Shown here: piece after piece, positions 33,360 through 42,057 of the stretch | Layout of the letters: every line of letters begins with the position of its first letter | Numbering within the stretch: position 1 is the stretch's first letter | Assembly (NCBI GenBank): GCA_021161835.1 | Contig: JAGGZV010000037.1 | Coordinates: 21,806 to 85,805 of the forward strand | Length of the DNA: 64,000 bases | Direction: 5' to 3' | Source: Thermotogota bacterium | GTDB taxonomy: Bacteria; Thermotogota; Thermotogae; UBA12178 | Position numbers and translations under genes: made by a program | Notes under the pieces: model-generated | Database searches by the model: none | Seen by the model: the letters and a program-made list of their open reading frames with translations, nothing else | Told to the model about the DNA's origin: nothing

Positions 33360-33851
33360 ATGAAAAGAGTTGTTTTGTTCGGTATTTTGGTGGTGCTAAC
33401 ATCAATCGCTGTATTTGCCCTGGAAGTCGGAGCAATGGGTGGTATGGAAATGGGAGGACGCAACAGACCCTTCATCGGTGCGAAGCTTGGACTTTCAACT
33501 GATTCTGGTTTGGGGTTGTCGCTGGAAGCATATCTCCCTGTAAGTTCCTTTGCAACAGCACAGGAAGAGATCGAAGAGGCGCGTTTCGTTGAAGTGGATC
33601 CCTTCCTGCTGTTCACCCTCCCCATAGGCACATCCAGGATCTACGCAGGTGTGGCCCCCATACTGATATACGACATGGAAACAGGTGATGCAGGACTCTA
33701 CTCGGACAGGATCGTGCACGCGAAGGTGGGTGTCTCATCCGGCAGCCTGATAAGGTTCTTCATCGAGGTCATGAGTTCCTTCACCTACGATCCGGAAATT
33801 ATGTCGCTGGGGATTTACACCATCAACGTTGGTGCAGCGTTGGGACTATGA
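33360..33851 (+). CDS. Secreted protein, probable small outer-membrane beta-barrel
   Basis: SD GGAGGT, signal peptide MKRVVLFGIL...AVFA, and amphipathic beta-strand pattern. Confidence 0.65.
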   Translation: MKRVVLFGILVVLTSIAVFALEVGAMGGMEMGGRNRPFIGAKLGLSTDSGLGLSLEAYLPVSSFATAQEEIEEARFVEVDPFLLFTLPIGTSRIYAGVAPILIYDMETGDAGLYSDRIVHAKVGVSSGSLIRFFIEVMSSFTYDPEIMSLGIYTINVGAALGL

Positions 33852-33871
33852 GGAAAAGGAGGTGAACAAGG

Positions 33872-34951
33872 ATGAAAAAGAATGTACTCACGAAGCTCTG
33901 TCTTCTCTCCCTTTTACTGGTGGTGATAGTTGCGTGCACACAGATCCCCACAATACCCGGCGTTGTTCCACCAGATCCGTCTGACACTATAAAACCGTCG
34001 AGCTGGGGTAACACCATTCGAATCTACGGTGCAGTGGACAAAGAACCCTTTTTAACCCCTCTGGCCATACCGGATGTGGTGAAGATAAAACTCAACATAC
34101 CCAGCTACGCTAAAGAAGAGCTCTCGGAGGATAACTTCCTGGTTTTCGAAGACGATAAAGCACAGGGATTCCTGTTATTCAAAGAAAGCAGTGTCCGATC
34201 CTTCGATAAGGTGGATATAGCGCTGATAGTCGATGTTACGGGAAGCATGGGTGACGAGATAGCGGGAGTTAAAAGCAGTATATCCAATTTCATAAACGAT
34301 CTCACGAGCATGGGTATAGATGTGAGGGTGGGGATAATGCCATATGGAGACTACGCACCGGCGAGTCCCACAACGGACGATGAAGTAGGATTCGATCCCC
34401 CATTTCTCGACCTATCCGATCTCACCGCCGCCGCTTCGTATGCCAATCAGTTGGACCTTGGATATGGCGGAGACGGTCCTGAAAACGCGTACGGGGCCAT
34501 AATGAAAGCCTGGGAAGAAATGTCATGGAGAGACGACGCGAGAAAGATCTTCATATTGATAACAGATGCGGTTTCACATTACAGGGGTGACGGAGCGTAT
34601 CAACCTTTCGAACCTCAGTACACCAAAGAAGAAGTTATAGATGCTCTGAGTACACATGCCACCCTTCACATAGTTGCCTCTGTAGGATGGTACTATTCCG
34701 AGAGTGACACCGATTTCTCCAATCCAAATGATCCGCGAGAAATAGCGATTCAAACAGGAGGATATGTCATCTACTTCAATCCTGGTGAAACCTTCGATCT
34801 CACAGCGCTTGGTATAACTGAAGCAATAACATCTTCCTGGATCGTCGCATTCGAAAGTGACTCGCCAGCAGCAACACATACTATAGAGATCTTCTTCGAA
34901 GCATCCGATGGTAATCAGGGATACCTGAAACTCGCAGGAATCGAATACTGA
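33872..34951 (+). CDS. vWA-domain lipoprotein
   Basis: Lipobox VIVAC, MIDAS DVTGS, GGDGPE and ILITDA. Confidence 0.85.
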   Translation: MKKNVLTKLCLLSLLLVVIVACTQIPTIPGVVPPDPSDTIKPSSWGNTIRIYGAVDKEPFLTPLAIPDVVKIKLNIPSYAKEELSEDNFLVFEDDKAQGFLLFKESSVRSFDKVDIALIVDVTGSMGDEIAGVKSSISNFINDLTSMGIDVRVGIMPYGDYAPASPTTDDEVGFDPPFLDLSDLTAAASYANQLDLGYGGDGPENAYGAIMKAWEEMSWRDDARKIFILITDAVSHYRGDGAYQPFEPQYTKEEVIDALSTHATLHIVASVGWYYSESDTDFSNPNDPREIAIQTGGYVIYFNPGETFDLTALGITEAITSSWIVAFESDSPAATHTIEIFFEASDGNQGYLKLAGIEY

Positions 34952-34969
34952 GAATAGAAAGTGACGCGC

Positions 34970-35788
34970 TCAGCCAGTCGGTGAAGCCGGCTGGCTTTCT
35001 TCCATTTTTTCCCGCATCGCTTCTATACGCCGAACGAATCTATCTGATATATCGTGATTAAGAATCCTTCCAACGTCTTCTGTTTTCAACTCTTTAGAAG
35101 CTTTCAACGCAGTAAGTAGATCGGCGAACACACCGAGTTCGACAGCATAATATCTTTTGCCAGATGGGGCAGTGTAGGAATAGACAAATGCAGGTAGATC
35201 GTTCATCCGCAGCAGTTTCACCTTGTTGTAGGCATGTTCGAAATCCAGATAGGCCAGCAACTGTATGGAGTAGAAGTGTGTTATGGCACTGGTGCTCAAA
35301 TCGCTGGGTTCCACGAACCTTATGAAAACATACGTATTCGTGGAGTATTCGTCTATAAGATACTGTGGAGAGGCTTCGAGAGCAAGGTACACCACGTCGG
35401 GACTCGCTTCAACGGAAAGAAGAAATGTGTCCGAGCTGCTCACGGATATCTTCATGTGTTCCACCAGAAAGGAAAAATCGGGGCTTTCCACTTCCACATA
35501 CCTGGAAAGATCGACTGTAGCTCCCTCCAGCGTTATTCCAGCTGACGGCACCGGAGGAAGGAAAACCTTCTCCTCGGTGGTCGATGTGGACACACGAGAA
35601 CCTTCAGAACGCTTTACCACGACGGGTCTTCCACCAGTCTTTATCTCCTCTATCTTCAACTCGTATTCCTTTATTGTCAATTTCAGGATCACCGTGTAGG
35701 CACCCAATCCCATGACGATTATACTCAGTATCACTATTATGATGACCAATATTCTTGCCTGAAGTTGTGTAAGAGTCACCTTTTTCAT
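34970..35788 (-). CDS. Bitopic membrane protein with a C-terminal SPOR-like domain
   Basis: Single N-terminal TM helix; YSIQLLAY...YAVELGVF SPOR-like pattern. Confidence 0.65.
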   Translation of the reverse strand: MKKVTLTQLQARILVIIIVILSIIVMGLGAYTVILKLTIKEYELKIEEIKTGGRPVVVKRSEGSRVSTSTTEEKVFLPPVPSAGITLEGATVDLSRYVEVESPDFSFLVEHMKISVSSSDTFLLSVEASPDVVYLALEASPQYLIDEYSTNTYVFIRFVEPSDLSTSAITHFYSIQLLAYLDFEHAYNKVKLLRMNDLPAFVYSYTAPSGKRYYAVELGVFADLLTALKASKELKTEDVGRILNHDISDRFVRRIEAMREKMEESQPASPTG

Positions 35789-36798
35789 CCCATCAGGGTT
35801 ATCCCCCTTTCCATTGCATCTATGAGAAGCTCTCTGAACGTATGAGGCTCCATCTTCAGAGATGTCATACTTCCAATGCCTGTGAGGACGGATATCTTCA
35901 CACCCTCGGATCTTCGTTCGAAAACTTCTATGAGATGGCTGTAATCCAGCGGGATACGTTTATCGACTCTCAACCTCGCGAGGATTTCCCTGATTCTGGT
36001 ATAATCTTTCAAAGAGAGATATCCTCCTTTGTAAGCCATCTCAAGCTCCACCACAGCTGCTATGGTGTATGCAATGGGATAATCCATTCTCAAACCTGTG
36101 GATTCTTGCACGTAACCCACCAGATTCTCCCCCAGGGGTAACGGAGCATTGCATGCATGAGCTGTGGCTCTGAGTTTGAAAACGGACCACACCATATCCT
36201 CGAGGGGCATGGAGAAGAGGTTCTTCTTCATGTAATCGAACAATGCAGAATCGTAACTGGCTGCATTGCAAATCGCTATGGTCATGGCACCGTACACGTT
36301 ACGCTTATCTTCCGTAGAACTCAAAGTCGGGTCTATCAGTATCGAAGTCGGTACCCCTTCCACATAAACTCTGTCTTTTTTCCAATCGAAATTCAAAAAG
36401 AACTTGTTCTGGAAGAACCCCATCATCATCGAAGAAAGTGTTGAAGGTATCACCATGAGGAGTTTGTTCGACTGCGTGGTGGTTACGGCGTAACCCACCG
36501 TGTCTATGACAGCGCCTCCACCTATCACCACAAATTCCTCAACCTTTGTAGCATGTTCGTCGATGATGGGATAGAGTTCCACCGCCGTTCCCACAGATTT
36601 AGATATCTCTCCCCCGTACACCGGATGATGTGGAAAATCTCTGATGAGCTTGTCCCAGTAGAGCTTTATTTTGGTATCAACGAAGATGAATTTACCGTGA
36701 AACAACTCTTTCCTGCGTTCCAGCAGTACTCCTGGTTCCAGCTTTATTATGCTCTTCATCTCCTTCTCCCAGCTGTAGGAAAGAGTCCTTTCCTTCAA
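35785..36798 (-). CDS. 3-dehydroquinate synthase-fold protein with a degenerate active site
   Basis: GGEISKS, IGGGAVID, IPST and ILIDP retained; metal ligands appear absent. Confidence 0.7.
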   Translation of the reverse strand: MKERTLSYSWEKEMKSIIKLEPGVLLERRKELFHGKFIFVDTKIKLYWDKLIRDFPHHPVYGGEISKSVGTAVELYPIIDEHATKVEEFVVIGGGAVIDTVGYAVTTTQSNKLLMVIPSTLSSMMMGFFQNKFFLNFDWKKDRVYVEGVPTSILIDPTLSSTEDKRNVYGAMTIAICNAASYDSALFDYMKKNLFSMPLEDMVWSVFKLRATAHACNAPLPLGENLVGYVQESTGLRMDYPIAYTIAAVVELEMAYKGGYLSLKDYTRIREILARLRVDKRIPLDYSHLIEVFERRSEGVKISVLTGIGSMTSLKMEPHTFRELLIDAMERGITLMG

Positions 36799-37817
36799 TC
36801 GAACGCCTCCTCCACATAGTGTTTCAACAACTTCACAGTATTCAGAACATCGCTTTCACTCACCACTTCATGGGGCGAATGAACATACCTGGTGGGTATG
36901 GATACCGTGGCGCTGGGGATGCCAGATCTCGTCCTCTGATAAGCTGCTGCGTTGGTTCCACCGAGTATCAACACCTCCATTTGGTGAGGTATACCATGCT
37001 TTTCTGCCACCTCGATGAGCCTGTCAACCACCTTTCTGTCGCTTATGGATGCTCGATCCATGACTTTTATAGCAGGACCAGCATCCAGCTTCATGGCCAT
37101 TCGCTTGTTAGCCTTGGGTGTATCCACTGATGCCGTAACGTCCACCGCTATGGCTACATCGGGTTGCAGATCGTACGCCGCCACACTTGCACCCACCAAT
37201 CCCGTCTCCTCCTGCATTGAAAATACACAGTATACCGTGTATCTGGGATCGACGAGTTCTCTCATGAGCTGGACCAGCACCGCACAACCTATCCTATCAT
37301 CCATAGCCTTTGAAACATACCTACCAGCACTCTCACGGAACCGGGAATCGTAAACACCGAACGTGCCTATCTTGATACGTTCCATCAACTCTTCTTTCGA
37401 AGAAGCGCACACATCAACGTATATTTTATCGAAGCTCAGTTCTTTCAAATTTTTGTTGTATTCCTCGATGCTCTCCCCCTCAACTCCAACGATACCGTAA
37501 ACAGGAGGATCAACCAGAAACCTTATCCCGGCTCCCAGCAGATACCGTGGACTCATACCACCAATAGGTTCCACTCTGAGGAAAGCTTCATCTATATGTG
37601 TCACCACAACACCTATCTCGTCCATGTGAGCGTCAAAGAGGATCTTTTTATTTTCTCTTCCATTTTTCCAGACAATGAGATTACCCACTTTGTCTACCCT
37701 GTACCCATCCACATGACCATCAAGCGATCGAAGGATCGCCTCCCTTATTTCTTCTTCTCTGCCGCTGGGACCCTCCACCTCGGTGAATTTTTTCACCAGA
37801 TCTCTCAGTTTCTCCAT
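36795..37817 (-). CDS. M42 (TET) aminopeptidase
   Basis: AHMDEIG, MDDR, QEETG, VDVT and HSP. Confidence 0.92.
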   Translation of the reverse strand: MEKLRDLVKKFTEVEGPSGREEEIREAILRSLDGHVDGYRVDKVGNLIVWKNGRENKKILFDAHMDEIGVVVTHIDEAFLRVEPIGGMSPRYLLGAGIRFLVDPPVYGIVGVEGESIEEYNKNLKELSFDKIYVDVCASSKEELMERIKIGTFGVYDSRFRESAGRYVSKAMDDRIGCAVLVQLMRELVDPRYTVYCVFSMQEETGLVGASVAAYDLQPDVAIAVDVTASVDTPKANKRMAMKLDAGPAIKVMDRASISDRKVVDRLIEVAEKHGIPHQMEVLILGGTNAAAYQRTRSGIPSATVSIPTRYVHSPHEVVSESDVLNTVKLLKHYVEEAFD

Positions 37818-38824
37818 GCTTTCTTCACCTCTCCTTCCATTACAAGTAGTTGCATGAGTTTCAACGTCTCATGGTAATCATCCTTTCTCATCAGCGAAAC
37901 AGGTGAGTGGATGTATCTACATGGTATGGAAACCACACCGGCAGGCACACCGTACGCACTCCTTGCGAACCTGAAAGCGTCGGTTCCCCCCGCCGTTCTC
38001 CTCTTGTACTGGTAGCGTATACCAGCTTCTTCAGCTGTCTCCACTATGGTTTGAAAAACTCTGGGATCAACAACGTATCCCCTGTGTGCGAACGTCACAG
38101 CGGGACCATCACCCAGATGAGTTGCCCACCTGTACTCTTCCAGTTCCGGCACATCACCAGCTGTGGTGGTCTCGACCACTATCGCCACATCTGGTTTAAC
38201 CTGCTCAACGACCACCGAGCTCCCTCTCAGCCCCGTTTCTTCCTGCACCAGAAAAGCGAAGATCGTATCATATGCTGGTTCACCTGAACTCAAAAGATCC
38301 ATCAATATCGAACATCCTCCCCTGTCGTCGAAAGCCTTGCCGGAGAAATATTCTCCCTTCTCCTCAAAGGTGGTCGTGAAGTACACGTAATCTCCAAGTT
38401 TAACGTTTTCAGCGGCTTCGTCCTTATTTTTGAATCCGCAGAAGACCTTTACATCACGCCACGCTGGAAATTTATCTTCCATTTTCTTCTGCAGGTGTAT
38501 GGGTTTGTAACCTATCACTCCATGCACATCCCCTATCCTGACTCTCTTTCCCAAGCACACCCTCACATCCAGACCTCCAACGGGTGCAACCCCAAGTGTT
38601 CCATCCTCGTTGATACGCACGACCATCATACCCACTTCATCCATGTGTGCGGCTATCAGGACTTTTTTATCTGACTCACGACCTTTCTTCAGAATCAAAA
38701 GATTGCCTACGTTGTCCACCCACATTTCATCAGCATATGATGCCATGTGGGACTTTATAAAATCTCTCACTTCCCCTTCATCGCCCGAGATACCAGATAA
38801 TTCCGACAATTCTTTCAGATACAC
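37805..38824 (-). CDS. M42 (TET) aminopeptidase
   Basis: AHMDEVG, FDDR, QEETG, VETT and HSP. Confidence 0.92.
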   Translation of the reverse strand: MYLKELSELSGISGDEGEVRDFIKSHMASYADEMWVDNVGNLLILKKGRESDKKVLIAAHMDEVGMMVVRINEDGTLGVAPVGGLDVRVCLGKRVRIGDVHGVIGYKPIHLQKKMEDKFPAWRDVKVFCGFKNKDEAAENVKLGDYVYFTTTFEEKGEYFSGKAFDDRGGCSILMDLLSSGEPAYDTIFAFLVQEETGLRGSSVVVEQVKPDVAIVVETTTAGDVPELEEYRWATHLGDGPAVTFAHRGYVVDPRVFQTIVETAEEAGIRYQYKRRTAGGTDAFRFARSAYGVPAGVVSIPCRYIHSPVSLMRKDDYHETLKLMQLLVMEGEVKKAWRN

Positions 38825-39840
38825 TGCCCGCCACCCCTTTCGAAATCCATGAAGAGTTCTACTATCAATCTTGCAGCCATTTCCACATCCCCGGGATCCA
38901 CCACCTCCACAGGAGTGTGCATGTAGAGCAGTGGTACAGAAATCAGAAGAGTTTTGATGCCTCTTCCAACCAGCTGGACTTGATCCGTGTCGGTACCCGA
39001 TCTACCGGGTACAGGTTCAACTTGGTAGGGTATGGAGAGCTTTTCTGCCACATCACATGCTCTTTGAAATAACGTCCTATCCACCGGTGCACCAACAGCT
39101 ATGGCGGGGCCTTTGCCCAGCTCTATCCTGTTCATGCCGGTGTCCTCGTTGGCATGCGTCACATCCACAACGATGGCATAATCCGGCTCGAGTGCATACG
39201 CTGCCCCTCCGGCACCTGCCCCTCCCGTTTCCTCAGTCGTGTTGAAAACCACAGATACCCTGAAACCAAACCGCCTCTCTTTCAGATACTCACACACCTT
39301 AACCAGAACTGCACAGCTTGCCCTGTTGTCGAGTGCCTTACCCGATACGTACCCGCTTTTCAATTCGCATGGTTCCGCATCGACGATCACGGGATCTCCC
39401 ACCCTGATTCTCTCCACACCATCCAGCACGTCCACAAAGAGCTCTTCGTACATGGGAACTTTGTCTCTTTTGTCTTTGTCGAGCAAGTGTGGCGCAACAG
39501 CACCGACTATTCCATCGACAACTCCGGAACGTGTATGTATACGCACTCTCTGAGATACGAGTATCTTGGGATCAACACCACCTACAGGAGTTATACGAAC
39601 GAAGCCACCTTCCTCGAGCTTCGAAACGACCCCTCCTATTTCGTCCATATGAGCGAAGAGCGCCCAGTGTGGGGAACCATCGGGGTTTATCGTGGCCACA
39701 ACGTTACCCAATACATCCCTCCTTACCCCATCGACCTCATCTGCCACCAATTGTTCGATCTCCCTAGCCACTTCCTCTTCGAACCCCGCTGGTCCAAAAG
39801 AAGTCGAGAGACGTTTCAAGATCTCCCTGGTTTCCATCAT
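38815..39840 (-). CDS. M42 (TET) aminopeptidase
   Basis: AHMDEIG, LDNR, TEETG, VDVT and HTP. Confidence 0.92.
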   Translation of the reverse strand: MMETREILKRLSTSFGPAGFEEEVAREIEQLVADEVDGVRRDVLGNVVATINPDGSPHWALFAHMDEIGGVVSKLEEGGFVRITPVGGVDPKILVSQRVRIHTRSGVVDGIVGAVAPHLLDKDKRDKVPMYEELFVDVLDGVERIRVGDPVIVDAEPCELKSGYVSGKALDNRASCAVLVKVCEYLKERRFGFRVSVVFNTTEETGGAGAGGAAYALEPDYAIVVDVTHANEDTGMNRIELGKGPAIAVGAPVDRTLFQRACDVAEKLSIPYQVEPVPGRSGTDTDQVQLVGRGIKTLLISVPLLYMHTPVEVVDPGDVEMAARLIVELFMDFERGGGQCI

Positions 39841-40508
39841 TCTTCACCTCTGTTCTCGAATCTGAGATTATCGAACGGCTCCACCACTATCCTTCCCGTT
39901 CTTACATGTGCAACGGAAGGAACGTTTGAAGATGGAGGTTCGTTCATCGTATAACCTCCTATCTGCACGAAAGAAGGTGAAAAATCCAGAGCAGCTATCA
40001 AAGCCGTTTCTCCTTCACGCAAGCCTGCCTTTACCGAACCCTTCAAACTACCGAATATCACAACACTCCCTCCCGCCATCACCTCCGCTCCCGGATGTAC
40101 GTTGCCGAAAACCATTACACTGCCGTTATGAACGAGCAGCTGACCTGAACGCAGGTTTCTTTTCAAAACCTTCGTACCTTCCTGTTGCCTGGGAATCACA
40201 CCGGTGAATTTTTTCCCGGTTGCGACACCGGTACCCTTCTTGGATTTGCTCAAACTGACTTCGTCAACCCGGATACCGAACCTTTGAAGAAGACTCACTA
40301 TGCCTGGAAGATCGTTGCTATATTTCTCTCCTTCCGGGATCGAGAGCATCACTCTGTCACCCTCGGAGAAAAAACCCGACATACTCGAAATCAATCTCGA
40401 AATTTCCGTCTCAACATCCTCAAAATCTTCATATTCTTTTACAACAAGAACCAGACCCTCCTTAACCATTTTCAACTCCACCACATTTTTTCTATCTTTT
40501 TCTGACAT
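39837..40508 (-). CDS. minC: Septum site-determining protein MinC
   Basis: LRSGQ, GNVHPGAEVMAGG and GSVKAG. Start set at ATG 40508, which follows GGAGG. Confidence 0.92.
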   Translation of the reverse strand: MSEKDRKNVVELKMVKEGLVLVVKEYEDFEDVETEISRLISSMSGFFSEGDRVMLSIPEGEKYSNDLPGIVSLLQRFGIRVDEVSLSKSKKGTGVATGKKFTGVIPRQQEGTKVLKRNLRSGQLLVHNGSVMVFGNVHPGAEVMAGGSVVIFGSLKGSVKAGLREGETALIAALDFSPSFVQIGGYTMNEPPSSNVPSVAHVRTGRIVVEPFDNLRFENRGEE

Positions 40509-40640
40509 ACAGCATCCCTCCAAAACCCCTTGCATGAAAAATTCTACCACTCTTCAAAACTCAAACGTTTATCTGAAAAAAGCTCATCTACTCCTTCAAC
40601 CTCAAGAGGCGTGGAACATGATATAATATATTCGGTTTGT

Positions 40641-40716
40641 CGGGGCGTAGCGCAGGTGGGAGCGCGCTTGCATGGGGCGCAAGAGGTCGCTGGTTCAAGT
40701 CCAGTCGCCCCGACCA
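40641..40716 (+). tRNA. tRNA-Pro (GGG)
   Basis: Acceptor stem CGGGGCG/CGCCCCG, anticodon arm CTTGC-ATGGGGC-GCAAG, GTTCAAG T-loop and encoded CCA. TGATATAAT lies just upstream. Confidence 0.97.
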
Positions 40717-40719
40717 ATT

Positions 40720-40749
40720 AAAAAGGGGAGGTTTCTTCCTCCCCTTTTA
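40720..40749. terminator. Bidirectional intrinsic terminator between tRNA-Pro and obgE
   Basis: AAAAGGGGAGG-tttctt-CCTCCCCTTTT. Confidence 0.85.
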
Positions 40750-42057
40750 TTCTTTATATTCGAATGCGTATCCTTCCCTGTCCAGTAGATACACCGTGTC
40801 ACCATCATGCGCCCCTGCATCTTTGAGTTTGTCAGAAACACCACACTTTTCCAGGATATCCATCACCCTTCTCAAGGAGTCCTGGAATTCCAGTCGATAT
40901 TTGGATACAAGATACTCCACGATTTCTCCTTCTACAAGAAATTCGTTCTCCGATATCCTGCGCACCATGAGAGTGCTTCTATTCGGAAGCAATCTACGCA
41001 TCGGCTTTGGAACACGGAAATGCATTTCCTTCTTTCGAGGAACTTCAGAAGTTTCAGGAACGAGTTCGAACATGGTGGAAACCAGTTTATCCAGATTCAC
41101 GCGAGTTATAGCTGATATGGCTATGATCCGCCGACCGGTGTGAGTCTTCAGTCTTTCAACAAGTGATCGAATGGTGGCTTCATCAAGCAAATCGATCTTG
41201 TTCAGAATCACCACCTCAGGTTTCGTTACCAGATGCTCATCGAATTTGGATAGCTCGTCCCGCAGAATTCGCCAATCCGCTAATGGATCCGGGCGTGATG
41301 CGTCCAGAACATGGAACAGAGCGTGACATCTTTCAACGTGGCGCAGAAAAACATCACCCAATCCCCGACCTTCATGTGCACCTTCTATCAATCCAGGTAC
41401 ATCGGCAACCACGATGCTCCTTTTGATTCCTTTCACGACACCAAGATTTGGCACCAGAGTGGTGAAAGGATAGTCAGCTATTTTCGGTCTGGCATTACTT
41501 ATCACTGAGATTATCGTGGATTTCCCAACGTTCGGGAATCCTACCAAACCAATATCTGCCAGAAGCTTGAGTTCCAGCTCTATGATCCTCTTTTCTCCAA
41601 ACTCACCTTTTTCCGCTATCCTTGGAGCTCGAAGAGTGGGAGTGGCGAAGCTGGCGTTTCCCTTCCCACCGGCCCCTCCCACCGCCACACATACTATCTG
41701 CCCATCCTCTGTCAGATCGGCGATCGTTTCACCTGTTTCCGCATCCTTTACCAGCGTACCTACAGGTACATCTATGTACACGTCTTCACCATCCGCACCA
41801 TGTCTTTTCTTACCCATTCCATGCTTGCCATTCCCTGCCTTCACTTTCTTCAACCTGTACAGATGAGAGAGGGTATTCACATGACGTGTGGCGCGTACAA
41901 ACACATGCCCACCACGTCCACCATCTCCTCCGTCGGGACCGCCTTTTGGAACGTACTTTTCCCTTCTGAAACTGACAGCCCCATCGCCCCCGCGCCCTGC
42001 TTCTACACGCAATACCACTCTATCGATAAATTCAAGATCTTCACGCATCGTTATCAC
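40747..42057 (-). CDS. obgE: GTPase ObgE
   Basis: Gly-rich Obg fold, [21 protein letters not shown] and a C-terminal OCT-like domain. Confidence 0.97.
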   Translation of the reverse strand: MITMREDLEFIDRVVLRVEAGRGGDGAVSFRREKYVPKGGPDGGDGGRGGHVFVRATRHVNTLSHLYRLKKVKAGNGKHGMGKKRHGADGEDVYIDVPVGTLVKDAETGETIADLTEDGQIVCVAVGGAGGKGNASFATPTLRAPRIAEKGEFGEKRIIELELKLLADIGLVGFPNVGKSTIISVISNARPKIADYPFTTLVPNLGVVKGIKRSIVVADVPGLIEGAHEGRGLGDVFLRHVERCHALFHVLDASRPDPLADWRILRDELSKFDEHLVTKPEVVILNKIDLLDEATIRSLVERLKTHTGRRIIAISAITRVNLDKLVSTMFELVPETSEVPRKKEMHFRVPKPMRRLLPNRSTLMVRRISENEFLVEGEIVEYLVSKYRLEFQDSLRRVMDILEKCGVSDKLKDAGAHDGDTVYLLDREGYAFEYKE

